A stretch of DNA of 64,000 nt from a virus. The stretch spans positions 4,188-68,187 of IMG/VR virus record IMGVR_UViG_3300038803_000201; one strand, given 5' to 3'. How positions within the stretch are numbered: the stretch's first letter is position 1; each line of letters starts with the position of its first letter. Below, piece by piece: positions 1-9,314 of this stretch. The notes under the pieces are model-generated. The model saw only the letters and a list, made by a program, of their open reading frames with translations, made no database searches and was not told where the DNA came from. The translations under genes were made by a program, and so were the position numbers.

Positions 1-590
1 GTGAGACTTGCGGCAAATCTGTTATGCGCCAACCGTCCACTACAAAGAAAAGAGTATTTTGTAGTACTGCATGTTCTGGTATTGCCTCAAAAGGCAAACC
101 CGTTTATATTCCTCCCGGCCCTCGCAAAAAGACGGTAATGACATGCACCACTTGTGGCAAGATATTTGAACGTTGGAACGCCGCTATATTACCTGGTGCA
201 TCATTCTGTTCGCAGTCATGCAGTGCTACTCATACTAACAAATATAAACGTGGATCTAAAAGCAAGCTCGAGAAATGGCTCGGTGTCAAACTCAAAGAAC
301 GTAACATACCCGTATTATTGAATAATAGAGAACTTTTGAATGGATATGAATTGGATCTTTACTTTCCCACCAAATCTGTAGCCGTCGAGATAGATGGGCC
401 TTGGCATAGTAAACCCATTGGCGGATTAGATCATTTTGCCACTATACAGTCAAACGATGCTAAGAAGGCCGTGATGTGTCAACAATTGGGTATAACGCTT
501 ATACGCATTCCCAATCTAACAGCTTTCACCGAACAATTAGGAGAATCTGTTCTTGCCGAGATAATTACGCAATTGGATCGCCATTCTTAG
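1..590 (+). CDS. Putative homing endonuclease (Cys-rich zinc repeats + Vsr/DUF559-like nuclease), 5' end outside window
   Basis: Frame is open from position 3 (ETCGKSVM...). CxxC/FCSxxC repeats, then ELDLYFP..AVEIDGPWH..ND..K..GITLIRI nuclease motif. Confidence 0.75.
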   Translation, partial: ETCGKSVMRQPSTTKKRVFCSTACSGIASKGKPVYIPPGPRKKTVMTCTTCGKIFERWNAAILPGASFCSQSCSATHTNKYKRGSKSKLEKWLGVKLKERNIPVLLNNRELLNGYELDLYFPTKSVAVEIDGPWHSKPIGGLDHFATIQSNDAKKAVMCQQLGITLIRIPNLTAFTEQLGESVLAEIITQLDRHS

Positions 591-849
591 TGCGTCGAAT
601 ACTGCCAGGATACGCTCTATAGAAAACGGTCCCTGTGGATTTGGACGCTTTGACCACATCAGCAAAGAAGGTTTCCCCAGCTTTCCTGATATCACGGGGA
701 AATTGCAGGAATGTATCAGTTTCCTTGCAATATGCTTTGAGTTTAGAACCTTGCTTCTGAATTACCACATGGCAATCAATTGCTACATGGCGGTCAATCG
801 CGTTCATGGTAATCTTGCACATATAATCATCTGATCGTTCAAATGCCAT
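565..849 (-). CDS. hypothetical protein
   Basis: 94-aa ORF coupled to 849..1109. Confidence 0.7.
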   Translation of the reverse strand: MAFERSDDYMCKITMNAIDRHVAIDCHVVIQKQGSKLKAYCKETDTFLQFPRDIRKAGETFFADVVKASKSTGTVFYRAYPGSIRRTKNGDPIA

Positions 850-1109
850 TAGCGCTGCTCCCCAAAAATGATCTTATTCTTTTCAACGTCAAACACCGTC
901 ACACTTCGACCGGTATCGTAGTTGTCCATCTCCAATCGCTCTTCGATGTCCTCCCACGGAGTGCCAACATCAGTACCGTCTTCATCTTTGTATCCGGTAG
1001 CCTCAGTAATAGCTTCCCGATCAGTATGAGCTTTGATCACTCGCATACTGTCAGCGTCACCATCCCAGTGATCGCCGTGTTGATATACCACATAGATTCG
1101 TTTTGCCAT
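849..1109 (-). CDS. hypothetical acidic protein
   Basis: ORF directly after a TTGACT/TAATAT promoter. Confidence 0.75.
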   Translation of the reverse strand: MAKRIYVVYQHGDHWDGDADSMRVIKAHTDREAITEATGYKDEDGTDVGTPWEDIEERLEMDNYDTGRSVTVFDVEKNKIIFGEQR

Positions 1110-1114
1110 ATGAT

Positions 1115-1144
1115 ATATTACCCTATATTAAGGCTAACAGTCAA
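1115..1144 (-). promoter_or_regulatory. sigma70-like early promoter (leaderless type)
   Basis: TTGACT...TAATAT then 5 nt to ATG at 1109. Confidence 0.65.
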
Positions 1145-1150
1145 CCAAAA

Positions 1151-1450
1151 TTAAATCGCGTTGTATTCTGCCTGGAACGCAGCGAGCTGCCTGGTCAACA
1201 CAACAATAATGGCCTCCAGCAGTTCATCGTTGCCTTCATACCGTGCCAAATCACTAGACTGACCCGACCCATCACAGTATTCGGCAATGTGGAAGTTATA
1301 CAGTTGATCGTGTAAACCGATACGCGCCCCTGCAACTGCGGGATTACGAGCCGCCTGCTGTTGCAGTTCCTTCATGCTGGCCAGTCCAACACTGGTGGTA
1401 CTGATCAGTTCCTGTAATTCATCCGCACGCTTATGTTGTGACGGGGTCAT
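1151..1450 (-). CDS. hypothetical protein
   Basis: AAGGAG SD upstream, 99 aa. Confidence 0.75.
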   Translation of the reverse strand: MTPSQHKRADELQELISTTSVGLASMKELQQQAARNPAVAGARIGLHDQLYNFHIAEYCDGSGQSSDLARYEGNDELLEAIIVVLTRQLAAFQAEYNAI

Positions 1451-1502
1451 AGTTACTCCTTTTTGATATAATGCCCTATATTAGGGCTTTGGGCAACCCT
1501 TT

Positions 1503-2024
1503 TTACCACTGCATATCACGGCCGTTGTACACTCCCCAAACATAGCCGTCTTTCATGACAACCAGAATGTACGACTCCCCCGCCTCATTGAGAGATTCCA
1601 ACTTCACAGAAATGGCATCAGGGACCATGCACATCGTCATGCCTTCCTGGAACGCCCGAAACAGAAGGCCTGGATGCGCCAAGTAACGCAAATTGTCAAA
1701 CGGATCACCCTCATCGATGTGGTGAGGATCCACGAGAGGGTCCATCTGATCATTGAGGATCTCATACGCAATCTCGGTGACAACCGCATACATGTCCTTG
1801 TGATCCACAACCAGGGTGGTGAAAGCGGGGACGATCGGTTCAGGCACCTTTGCCATGGCGCGAAAATGATCCTCCGTCCACTTGTGATTTTTAGGAAAAG
1901 CTGGGGGCTCAGCTCTGCGGAACACGCTATTCCATGCGTTCCACGCGCCATTGAAATCCTTGAATTCCAGAACGCCATCTTTCCACCACTGCAACACTTG
2001 CTTCTGCCATTTCGGTTGAGTCAT
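1503..2024 (-). CDS. hypothetical protein
   Basis: Likely start MTQPKW after AAAGG. Confidence 0.7.
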   Translation of the reverse strand: MTQPKWQKQVLQWWKDGVLEFKDFNGAWNAWNSVFRRAEPPAFPKNHKWTEDHFRAMAKVPEPIVPAFTTLVVDHKDMYAVVTEIAYEILNDQMDPLVDPHHIDEGDPFDNLRYLAHPGLLFRAFQEGMTMCMVPDAISVKLESLNEAGESYILVVMKDGYVWGVYNGRDMQW

Positions 2025-2265
2025 AATTAAACCTTTCCAATCGTTGATATATAATACCTTAAATGAACCCTGAAATGCAACTAAAAAGTGATGGGCCCTA
2101 AAAGTCGTTACCATCATAACTCTATATATGTTTCCACGACACCCATAGGGTACAGGGCTCTCCCCTATGGTATAGTTCAGGCGTTTAATTTTACAACCTG
2201 GTCCCTGAACGCTATTACGTCGCCAGTCTCCACTACCACACCTATATATTACCGCATCGCACTCC

Positions 2266-2457
2266 TCAAGTCAAGTCAATTCTTTCGATCATGCAACTCG
2301 TTACAGCCCAACCAGTTTCATCAGAAACCATATCGGCCGCAATGTCCTGAACGATCGCATCGTCGTCGACCTCGAATTCCAGGGACGATGGGAGGCCCAT
2401 GGAAACCGCATCTACGCCATCCGTATCATATTCAATGTCAAAAACGCGTATGCGCAT
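2266..2457 (-). CDS. hypothetical acidic protein
   Basis: Start MRIRVFD after GAGG. Confidence 0.6.
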   Translation of the reverse strand: MRIRVFDIEYDTDGVDAVSMGLPSSLEFEVDDDAIVQDIAADMVSDETGWAVTSCMIERIDLT

Positions 2458-2458
2458 G

Positions 2459-2716
2459 TTACCTCTTGTATTCGTAATATTTCTTAGCGGAATCATCCAG
2501 CGACGATAAAATGACCACCGCAGGAGCCTTGTGCCAAGCCTCGAAATCTTCGTCAACCCTCTTCGAAGCTTCCAATCGGCACTTAAGCTTTTTGCAGCAC
2601 CAATAACCTACCCCCACCTCATATTGCAGAAGACATAGAGTATTGCATATCTCACATCGATGCAAGCCTATTCGCTTCCACAACATCTTTTCATCCCACC
2701 ATTGACGCAAATTCAT
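2459..2716 (-). CDS. hypothetical Cys-rich protein
   Basis: ATGA-coupled ORF, CxxC motif. Confidence 0.6.
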   Translation of the reverse strand: MNLRQWWDEKMLWKRIGLHRCEICNTLCLLQYEVGVGYWCCKKLKCRLEASKRVDEDFEAWHKAPAVVILSSLDDSAKKYYEYKR

Positions 2717-2898
2717 TTGGGTGACTCCACGTAATTGACATTCTCTACGTCATATACAATGGCAGTCTGAACCCAACCCTTCTGCTCCGAAGCCTTCTCC
2801 TCAGCAAGCTTGACAGCCTCTGTGACGCTCTCAGCATCCACATACATCGTCTTGGTCTCCAAAGTCTGTCGTATCACCGTTACTTCAAAAGCTTTCAT
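2713..2898 (-). CDS. hypothetical protein
   Basis: TAATAT-6nt-ATG start. Confidence 0.65.
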   Translation of the reverse strand: MKAFEVTVIRQTLETKTMYVDAESVTEAVKLAEEKASEQKGWVQTAIVYDVENVNYVESPK

Positions 2899-2971
2899 GT
2901 TTATATATTACCCTTTATTGCAGAGATTAATCAACCATAAACGATAAGTATTTAACGAATAGGTGGTTTAA

Positions 2972-3751
2972 ATGGAAATAAAAGGAAGTATATACAAATT
3001 AACAAACAAAGTCAATGGTAAATGCTATATAGGGCAAACCATTCGCCCTGTAAATATCCGTTGGAACAGATATAAGAGACTAGCATGCGAAAATCAACCC
3101 AAGCTTTATAATGCATTGCGCAAGTACGGCAAGGACAACTTTTTGTTTGAGGTCTTAGAAGAAAACATTATCGGATTAGACAATCTAAATAACAGAGAGG
3201 AGCATTACTCAAACGCATTCGATAGTATTGAGAATGGTTATAATGTCAGACATGTTGGATCTAACGGGCCACTTGCTGAAGAAACTAAGCGCAAAATATC
3301 TGCTGCTCTCACAGGACGGAAACTCTCACCAGAGCACCTTTTGAATATGAAACTAAATCCGACAACAGGAATGACTGGCCATAATCATTCAGAAGCTACT
3401 AAATTGAAACTGTCTATAGCGAATTTAGGCAAAATAAGAGGCCCGCATACAGAAGAAACTAAGCGCAAAATATCTTTGGCTAATACAGGGCATGAAGTAT
3501 CCGAAGAAACAAGGCGTAAGTTATCAGAGAACTCCGGAAGAGGTATGCTAGGTCGTCATCAATCAGATGAGGCTAAACAGAAAATCTCAGATTCTCAAAA
3601 AGGAGAAAATGGATATTGGTTCGGCAAAACCCAATCAGAAGAAACCCGCCTCAAACGTTCCAAAGCTCTCAAAGGACGTGTAATGTCAGAAGAGCACAAA
3701 CGTAAGATATCAGAAGCCCATTTGGCTCGCAGATTATCGTCGCCCGACTGA
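2972..3751 (+). CDS. GIY-YIG homing endonuclease with NUMOD3-like repeats
   Basis: GSIYKLTNKVNGKCYIGQT, GYN, repeated (H/L)SEETKRKIS. ATAAGTA late box upstream. Confidence 0.92.
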   Translation: MEIKGSIYKLTNKVNGKCYIGQTIRPVNIRWNRYKRLACENQPKLYNALRKYGKDNFLFEVLEENIIGLDNLNNREEHYSNAFDSIENGYNVRHVGSNGPLAEETKRKISAALTGRKLSPEHLLNMKLNPTTGMTGHNHSEATKLKLSIANLGKIRGPHTEETKRKISLANTGHEVSEETRRKLSENSGRGMLGRHQSDEAKQKISDSQKGENGYWFGKTQSEETRLKRSKALKGRVMSEEHKRKISEAHLARRLSSPD

Positions 3752-3985
3752 CATCCCACTAAACTTGAAATACGAATTGGTGATATATTGCTGAAGCTTA
3801 GGGAGCGTCTCGCACTGTTTCGCTGTTATGAGAATCAATCGTTTATCACGGTCATTGATTTTGGATTCATTCAGACGGGCTTTGACGATTTCCAAAGCCT
3901 GCTCATAAGACGTGGAGACGAACACTTGGTCCAAGATTATTTTAAGCACGGACGTTTTGTTCTTCATGTCTATATAATAGGACAT
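3734..3985 (-). CDS. hypothetical protein
   Basis: ORF; start may be MKNK at 3967 (TATTAT-6nt-ATG). Confidence 0.65.
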   Translation of the reverse strand: MSYYIDMKNKTSVLKIILDQVFVSTSYEQALEIVKARLNESKINDRDKRLILITAKQCETLPKLQQYITNSYFKFSGMSVGRR

Positions 3986-4029
3986 AGGGCATTAATATAC
4001 ACGCATTATTTTCTTTTTTCTTGAGACCT

Positions 4030-4085
4030 AAAGTTGTCACTCTCATGCGCAGTCTTCATAGCACAAACGCGCGAGTGACAACTTT
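4030..4085. repeat. 13-bp inverted repeat AAAGTTGTCACTC / GAGTGACAACTTT
   Basis: Perfect arms at 4030-4042 and 4073-4085 in a divergent promoter region. Confidence 0.75.
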
Positions 4086-4165
4086 TGCGCTAAAAATAAT
4101 TTCTGAAATAGCGTGTACCTGAGGTCTTAATGTAGTATATTAATAGGTAAGAAAGGAGATACAAA

Positions 4166-4537
4166 ATGAACGTATTCGAAGGTAAGAATGCAGGCGATAA
4201 GGTGACGATTCAGTTCAACGGCAAAGACGTTGAGGCAACTATCGTTCAACCTGGCGTGGTTCAGAAGACGGCTTCCATCTTCTACATCCAGGATTCGGTG
4301 ACTGGCGAGTTCCTTTATTGCTTCCCCGCACGCTTGGCGAATCTGAATTCCAAGTACAATGGCGACCTTAGCCAGTACAAGGGCCGTGCCACTCGTGCAG
4401 CGGAACGCGCGAATGCTAAGGCTGCCAAAGCTGCCGAGAAAGTAGCTAAGGCCGCCGCGAAGGCTCAAGCAGAAGCAGATGCGAAAGCCGCTGCTGAAGC
4501 TAATGCCGACGCAACCGCCGAAGCTATCGCTTCCTAA
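4166..4537 (+). CDS. hypothetical protein with Ala/Lys-rich tail
   Basis: Strong AAGGAG SD, biased codons, own terminator. Confidence 0.85.
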   Translation: MNVFEGKNAGDKVTIQFNGKDVEATIVQPGVVQKTASIFYIQDSVTGEFLYCFPARLANLNSKYNGDLSQYKGRATRAAERANAKAAKAAEKVAKAAAKAQAEADAKAAAEANADATAEAIAS

Positions 4538-4554
4538 TCGAGTCACATCGATTC

Positions 4555-4589
4555 AGGCGACTTGGACATGAGTTCAGGTCGCCTTTTTT
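4555..4589 (+). terminator. intrinsic terminator
   Basis: AGGCGACTTGGAC-ATGA-GTTCAGGTCGCCT followed by T-tract. Confidence 0.85.
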
Positions 4590-4863
4590 ATTTCCCACCT
4601 TAGTGTTGCCACTCGCCAGATAATAAGCACCAACAATCAGCAAGTGTCAACTTTTTTGGCGTGACTCCTTGATGCCCAATAGGTTATAATTCCATTAGGA
4701 CAATTTGTCCCCAGCATTCTCACTTTTCTTATCGAGTGGTCACTCTCATTAAGAATTCACGCCGGGGTTTTGTGGGTGTCAATTCTTCACTGAATTAACG
4801 CCTTGCCTGTTTCGGTTATCTAAAGGTAGCCCGAGTGCTTTAACCGAACTTTCGGGTATATTA

Positions 4864-5181
4864 ATGAGGATGTATTACCTGGCAGTCAATAAACAGTTCG
4901 GACATACCGTTCTGTATGAGTCCTACCAACACCAACAGGTAAAATTCGTCCAACAATTAACCCGACCTAAGCGGCTCGGACACATGCACTCCGTCCCCGG
5001 TGAAGAAATCCCAATCGATTCTAATACCACTCAGCTTCAAGTTACTATCGAATTTGAATATGACAAATTCAAAAATCCTCGAATTCTCAAATATAAGAAA
5101 TTCAAAAAGACTCACACGGACATTAAACAGTTTGGAATGCTTGAAAACGCAATAGCGGCTGCGTGTATGGATCAATTGTAA
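4864..5181 (+). CDS. MYYL-family small paralog
   Basis: MYYL start, ends ENAIAAACMDQL. Confidence 0.7.
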   Translation: MRMYYLAVNKQFGHTVLYESYQHQQVKFVQQLTRPKRLGHMHSVPGEEIPIDSNTTQLQVTIEFEYDKFKNPRILKYKKFKKTHTDIKQFGMLENAIAAACMDQL

Positions 5182-5456
5182 TGTACTACCTAGTGGAAGA
5201 TCCCAACGATAAAGGCCTGTCCATCTGGCATATGGATAACGAATTGCCTGGAGTTGTGACACTGGTACAACTAATTGACAAAGGTGTTAACCCCAAGGGA
5301 GAACGGAGCAATTGTGGATGTTCCTTGGGTATACCAGTAGAACGAACAGACGATTGGTGCACCTGGAGAGCTACCATTGCTAAGAACATAGTGGCTCAGT
5401 CCCCCGATATGGAAGACATGATCGCGTCCGCCACTATGAGACGCCTGAACCCCTAA
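5181..5456 (+). CDS. MYYL-family small paralog
   Basis: TAATG-coupled MYYL..LSIW..QSPDMEDMIASAT. Confidence 0.75.
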   Translation: MYYLVEDPNDKGLSIWHMDNELPGVVTLVQLIDKGVNPKGERSNCGCSLGIPVERTDDWCTWRATIAKNIVAQSPDMEDMIASATMRRLNP

Positions 5457-5486
5457 CGCTTCAACGCTTCAACGCTTCAACGCTTC
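5455..5486 (+). repeat. tandem repeat (AACGCTTC)x4
   Basis: Direct reading. Confidence 0.9.
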
Positions 5487-5571
5487 AAAGGGAATCGGAC
5501 ACGGTAATGCTGGGAAGTTGTTCCAAGAGAGCATCTAACGTGTTAATGCGAGCTGGAGAACGCGTTTCATG

Positions 5572-5913
5572 TTAAGCCACCTTGGAGATAATGGAATTCG
5601 GGCAACGCAACGGACGAGCCGAGGAGAAACGACCAATCGAAGAGTATAACATGACCTTTACGGACTTGCTGTTCACCTTAACTACACGCCCACATACTCC
5701 TATCATGTAATGCGGACTGACCGAAGAGTTGAATCGCACCTCGTCACCTACTCGAAATTGATACGCCTGATGACCAGAAACACCTAAATCCCCAGTGTCC
5801 CGCTCCGCCTCCACTGGCACCAAAACCTTGCGGTTCTGACACGCCTCAATGATACGATCCAATTGAGCATCTACCTCTCCCCTCACAATCGAATTGATGA
5901 TGTCTATATACAT
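5572..5913 (-). CDS. hypothetical protein with KOW/SH3-like C-terminus
   Basis: FRVGDEVRF...GRVVKVNSKSVKV. Confidence 0.65.
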   Translation of the reverse strand: MYIDIINSIVRGEVDAQLDRIIEACQNRKVLVPVEAERDTGDLGVSGHQAYQFRVGDEVRFNSSVSPHYMIGVCGRVVKVNSKSVKVMLYSSIGRFSSARPLRCPNSIISKVA

Positions 5914-6383
5914 AAAACCTTTCGCTATTGCCCATATAATACTACATTATAGGCTAAAGGGGCAACTAAATAGCAAAATTATTTGTAACTCGTTGCAAAT
6001 GAGTCCCAAAATTTCATGGAACAACTGATTTGAAATCTGCGAAAACATTCAATGAAATCTCAGAAGCTATAAGAGGGTAAGAAGCGAAAATCCGCGAATC
6101 CTCGACTAGCATGGAATTTTGCGGATTTCCCGTGACTTTCCGGTGCTCGCGGGGTGTATAGATGTGTTAGAGGGGATTAAATCCACCAGAACTGTTTTTG
6201 CACCTCCCTAAATACACCACTCTTCCAATCCATCCCACCACTCCCAGAGCCCTAACACTTTCGGGTGGAACAACTTATCTTTCAAATTTATTCTCATTTT
6301 CGCGAATTTAATTTATTAAGAAAGTGGATATTTTTTTAGGGTTTTGGGTATTTTTTGTTAGGATCTGGGCATTTTATTTGTAT

Positions 6384-6626
6384 TCACAGCATTTCAGTGG
6401 CGGCGTGGAACAATATATCTTCTATAGATTCTGATTGGCATATCTTTTTATATGGACGATCTTGGTTAGTGACCCAATCCAACAAATCATAAATAGTACG
6501 TGTACCTGCTGTTATTGGCTTATAGTTTAGTGCGAGGTAATGTTGTATAGTATTGAAATCTCGATTGAACAACCAGACGTCCAATTTTCCGTGGTCTTTA
6601 GACAGAATGTACAACTGATTGCTCAT
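6384..6626 (-). CDS. MYYL-family paralog
   Basis: LYIL..LDVW..QSESIEDILFHAATEML. Confidence 0.8.
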   Translation of the reverse strand: MSNQLYILSKDHGKLDVWLFNRDFNTIQHYLALNYKPITAGTRTIYDLLDWVTNQDRPYKKICQSESIEDILFHAATEML

Positions 6627-6874
6627 AGGCATTCCATGGCTGCTTGAGTGATTACTGCGTCGAGGCTATCGGATTTAAACGTGCATATTTTATCGATTAC
6701 TTCTTTGTTATATCGGTATGGGACATTATCGGCAAAGTAGAAGCCTGGGGAGGGTTGGCGGAGTCTGTGTCGTATGATCAGTTCTTGGGTATTATAGTCA
6801 AATTCCATTATAACGGCTCCATATCCGTAATTTTCATCTGTCACCAGCAACCAGAATCGCGGATATTTTTTCAT
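6623..6874 (-). CDS. MYYL-family paralog
   Basis: Ends KSDSLDAVITQAAMECL. Confidence 0.8.
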   Translation of the reverse strand: MKKYPRFWLLVTDENYGYGAVIMEFDYNTQELIIRHRLRQPSPGFYFADNVPYRYNKEVIDKICTFKSDSLDAVITQAAMECL

Positions 6875-7089
6875 GGCACAGCTTCTACAGTGGCGTGTTC
6901 TATAATTTCGTTTAGGTTTTCTGATTTGAATATAGTATGTAAATTAACATACAGTGTGGCCATTTGTCCTGGCTTATAATCTGTATGTTGGTTTGTGGTT
7001 AGTATATGTGTACACATATAATCGTGGAATTTGTTTGGTATGTTCATCCACACGGTCAATTCATTTCCAAATTTACACAGGTAGTACAT
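6871..7089 (-). CDS. MYYL-family paralog
   Basis: MYYL..LTVW..KSENLNEIIEHATVEAVP. Confidence 0.85.
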   Translation of the reverse strand: MYYLCKFGNELTVWMNIPNKFHDYMCTHILTTNQHTDYKPGQMATLYVNLHTIFKSENLNEIIEHATVEAVP

Positions 7090-7328
7090 TACAGGGCCTC
7101 CACAGCAGCGAGAGCGATCAGTTCATTTACATCCCTGGATTTATGAAGGATATTCGGTTTGAGTTTTTCAATTGGCCAGTAATTCTCGAACAGTACTGGG
7201 CCTGGATTCGTCAGGAATTTGAGTTTATAGGCATATGATGTTCGGGCTGTATGTTCCCAGAGCGCGAGGCACACAACAAATTCACTGTCATTGAGGGTCT
7301 GGAGTATGTGTTTAGACAGGTAGTACAT
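7089..7328 (-). CDS. MYYL-family paralog
   Basis: MYYL..LALW..KSRDVNELIALAAVEAL. Confidence 0.85.
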   Translation of the reverse strand: MYYLSKHILQTLNDSEFVVCLALWEHTARTSYAYKLKFLTNPGPVLFENYWPIEKLKPNILHKSRDVNELIALAAVEAL

Positions 7329-7567
7329 TACAGGGCCTCCACAGTAGCCAATTCGATAAGTTCTTTTATATTAACGGAACATGCAATTTCATGTTTGTAG
7401 ACCCAGTTTAAGTTCGTTTTAGTTACGGCGGTGCCTGGGCCATTACCTTTCCGTAGTAAGTGAGTTCTGTAACATGCATGGTCATAATGATCAGAATAGG
7501 CGTCATCGACAAGGCCTTTACATTCCCAGATTTCTATGGTACCGTTATCTAGGGTCAAATAGTACAT
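7328..7567 (-). CDS. MYYL-family paralog
   Basis: MYYL..IEIW..SVNIKELIELATVEAL. Confidence 0.85.
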   Translation of the reverse strand: MYYLTLDNGTIEIWECKGLVDDAYSDHYDHACYRTHLLRKGNGPGTAVTKTNLNWVYKHEIACSVNIKELIELATVEAL

Positions 7568-7595
7568 TACGGAGTCTCCTCAGTAACACAGAACT

Positions 7596-7883
7596 TCATA
7601 TAAGCTCCATAGCAGCTCTAGCGAAGGCTTCGTCCATGTCGTTGGTGCTGAATATGATAAACTGATCGAGCCAGGTTTCGTTATCTAACACGGCATCTAT
7701 CCGAGTAGTGTCTGATTGGTCTGGGCCTACATAGAACATCTCGCCACAGAACCAAATGGAAAGTACTACTGGGTGTCTCAGGACGGTGTGAACCCGGACA
7801 TACTGTTTGTCTCTGGCTAGAATAACAACACCGAACGCTATTTGGTCGGTAGTAGATAAAACATGGTACAACTGATCGTTCAT
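7596..7883 (-). CDS. MYYL-family paralog
   Basis: LYHVL.. ends STNDMDEAFARAAMELM (GTG/ATG-TGA end). Confidence 0.75.
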   Translation of the reverse strand: MNDQLYHVLSTTDQIAFGVVILARDKQYVRVHTVLRHPVVLSIWFCGEMFYVGPDQSDTTRIDAVLDNETWLDQFIIFSTNDMDEAFARAAMELI

Positions 7884-8125
7884 ACAAGTTCCATGGCAGC
7901 GTATCCGATCAATATGTTTAGGTCCTCGGAACTACATATTTTGGTATAGTGTGCTTCAATAGTACAGCGGTTATAGATGTCATCGTGACAATAGGAGATG
8001 AAGGGGTTAGCATTATACAGCGTATTGATCAATTCCAATTTATCTGGCTGGTTTGGCACATCTCTCATGATCCACAGAGCATGGACAGCGCCGGTGATTG
8101 TTTCCGATTTGAATAAGCTATACAT
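7880..8125 (-). CDS. MYYL-family paralog
   Basis: MYSL..ALW..SSEDLNILIGYAAMELV. Confidence 0.85.
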   Translation of the reverse strand: MYSLFKSETITGAVHALWIMRDVPNQPDKLELINTLYNANPFISYCHDDIYNRCTIEAHYTKICSSEDLNILIGYAAMELV

Positions 8126-8134
8126 CAGATTGGC

Positions 8135-8383
8135 CTATCTCAGATCCATAGCTTCCACAGCGGCTATGGTGATCAGTTCCTCTAGGGATTCATTTTGGGC
8201 CTGTATTCGCAAGGCGTCTAGGGTGACAGGAATAGAGGTGCCCATTCCGGTACTTAGAACGGATTCTAGTATATTTTGTGGGTCGTGTAACACTTTGATT
8301 CTTCGGGCTTTATTAGGATCTACAGGGTCTGATTCCCATATAGTCATAACGAGTCTTTTTCTTGATATAACCAGGTAGTACAT
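8135..8383 (-). CDS. MYYL-family paralog
   Basis: MYYL..MTIW..NESLEELITIAAVEAM. Confidence 0.85.
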   Translation of the reverse strand: MYYLVISRKRLVMTIWESDPVDPNKARRIKVLHDPQNILESVLSTGMGTSIPVTLDALRIQAQNESLEELITIAAVEAMDLR

Positions 8384-8390
8384 ACTAGTA

Positions 8391-8636
8391 TTACAGGGCC
8401 AACATAACGGCTTGTTCTACGGCACATTCCATAGCCGCCTGTTTATTATTTGTTCTCAATTTGATATACGAATTCATATAGTTTTCATAAATCAATTTTT
8501 CATTTAGTTCCCATATAAAAGCAGATGGCACTTGGTATAATATGGACGTCACTCTATAGATTCCTTTATGATCCAGGGAAAAAATGAGGACCGCATCACG
8601 TTTGGTTACCACCACGAGGTACAACTCTTTACTCAT
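8391..8636 (-). CDS. MYYL-family paralog
   Basis: LYLVV..VLIF..ends EQAVMLAL. Confidence 0.8.
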   Translation of the reverse strand: MSKELYLVVVTKRDAVLIFSLDHKGIYRVTSILYQVPSAFIWELNEKLIYENYMNSYIKLRTNNKQAAMECAVEQAVMLAL

Positions 8637-8845
8637 AGGACCTCTGAGGCTGCTATAGTGATCAGTTCATTCATATCTTCGGATTGTGCTAATGTAGTAT
8701 AGTCGTCTACATCGTCAGTATCGTATAAATCGTGGCGAGTAATTCCGTGTAATATTTTCACTAAGGTTATCTTGTACAGACTCTTTTGCTGCCATATGGT
8801 TAATATAACACCTTTATCAGCCATACAAGTTTTGAGGTAGTACAT
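8633..8845 (-). CDS. MYYL-family paralog
   Basis: MYYL..LTIW..QSEDMNELITIAASEVL. Confidence 0.85.
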   Translation of the reverse strand: MYYLKTCMADKGVILTIWQQKSLYKITLVKILHGITRHDLYDTDDVDDYTTLAQSEDMNELITIAASEVL

Positions 8846-9072
8846 CAGATTGTCCCTATAGCAGCTATTTCGATAAGTTCATCAATATCAACAGATTTAG
8901 CAATGGTATGTTCTTCAATCCATGGATAATTAGCTTCTGTATGAATTGAAGAACCCTGTCCTTTTCGCAGTAATTTATATCTGTACCAAGCACCTGGCCT
9001 ACTCAATGTATAGTCGGTGTCGCAGTACCAAATCTCCATAGTACCTTCGTCAAAAGTAAGGTGGTATATCAT
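8845..9072 (-). CDS. MYYL-family paralog (close to 7328..7567)
   Basis: MIYHLTFDEGTMEIW..LLRKG..KSVDIDELIEIAA. Confidence 0.85.
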   Translation of the reverse strand: MIYHLTFDEGTMEIWYCDTDYTLSRPGAWYRYKLLRKGQGSSIHTEANYPWIEEHTIAKSVDIDELIEIAAIGTI

Positions 9073-9314
9073 ATCGTTTCCATACAAGCATAGATCAGGG
9101 CCTGTTCAGTGGCCTCTGCCTTGCTATTGGTTTTTAATACCGTATGGTCAATAAACCATCCATTGGATACATCGATTCGATCTATAAAAATCCACAGTCG
9201 ATCTGGGTTAGCTCGGCGGAAACATCGGTGCATATCGTATTTTGTCTTGTTGTGCTCTGATTGTTGGAATATCAACACAGAGCCTGCATGTGTTACCACA
9301 ACATGATATTTCAT
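9069..9314 (-). CDS. MYYL-family paralog (close to 8391..8636)
   Basis: MKYHVVVTHAGSVLIF..KTNSKAEATEQA. Confidence 0.8.
   Translation of the reverse strand: MKYHVVVTHAGSVLIFQQSEHNKTKYDMHRCFRRANPDRLWIFIDRIDVSNGWFIDHTVLKTNSKAEATEQALIYACMETI

Noticed and set aside
4811..4856. Possible H-type pseudoknot (TTCGGTTA/TAACCGAA with CCCGA/TCGGG)
   Set aside because: It overlaps the probable promoter of 4864 and the second stem is short enough to be chance.
7077..7344. CRISPR array suggested by the 29-bp direct repeat
   Set aside because: Only two exact copies; the spacer is a 210-nt coding gene body; no cas genes.
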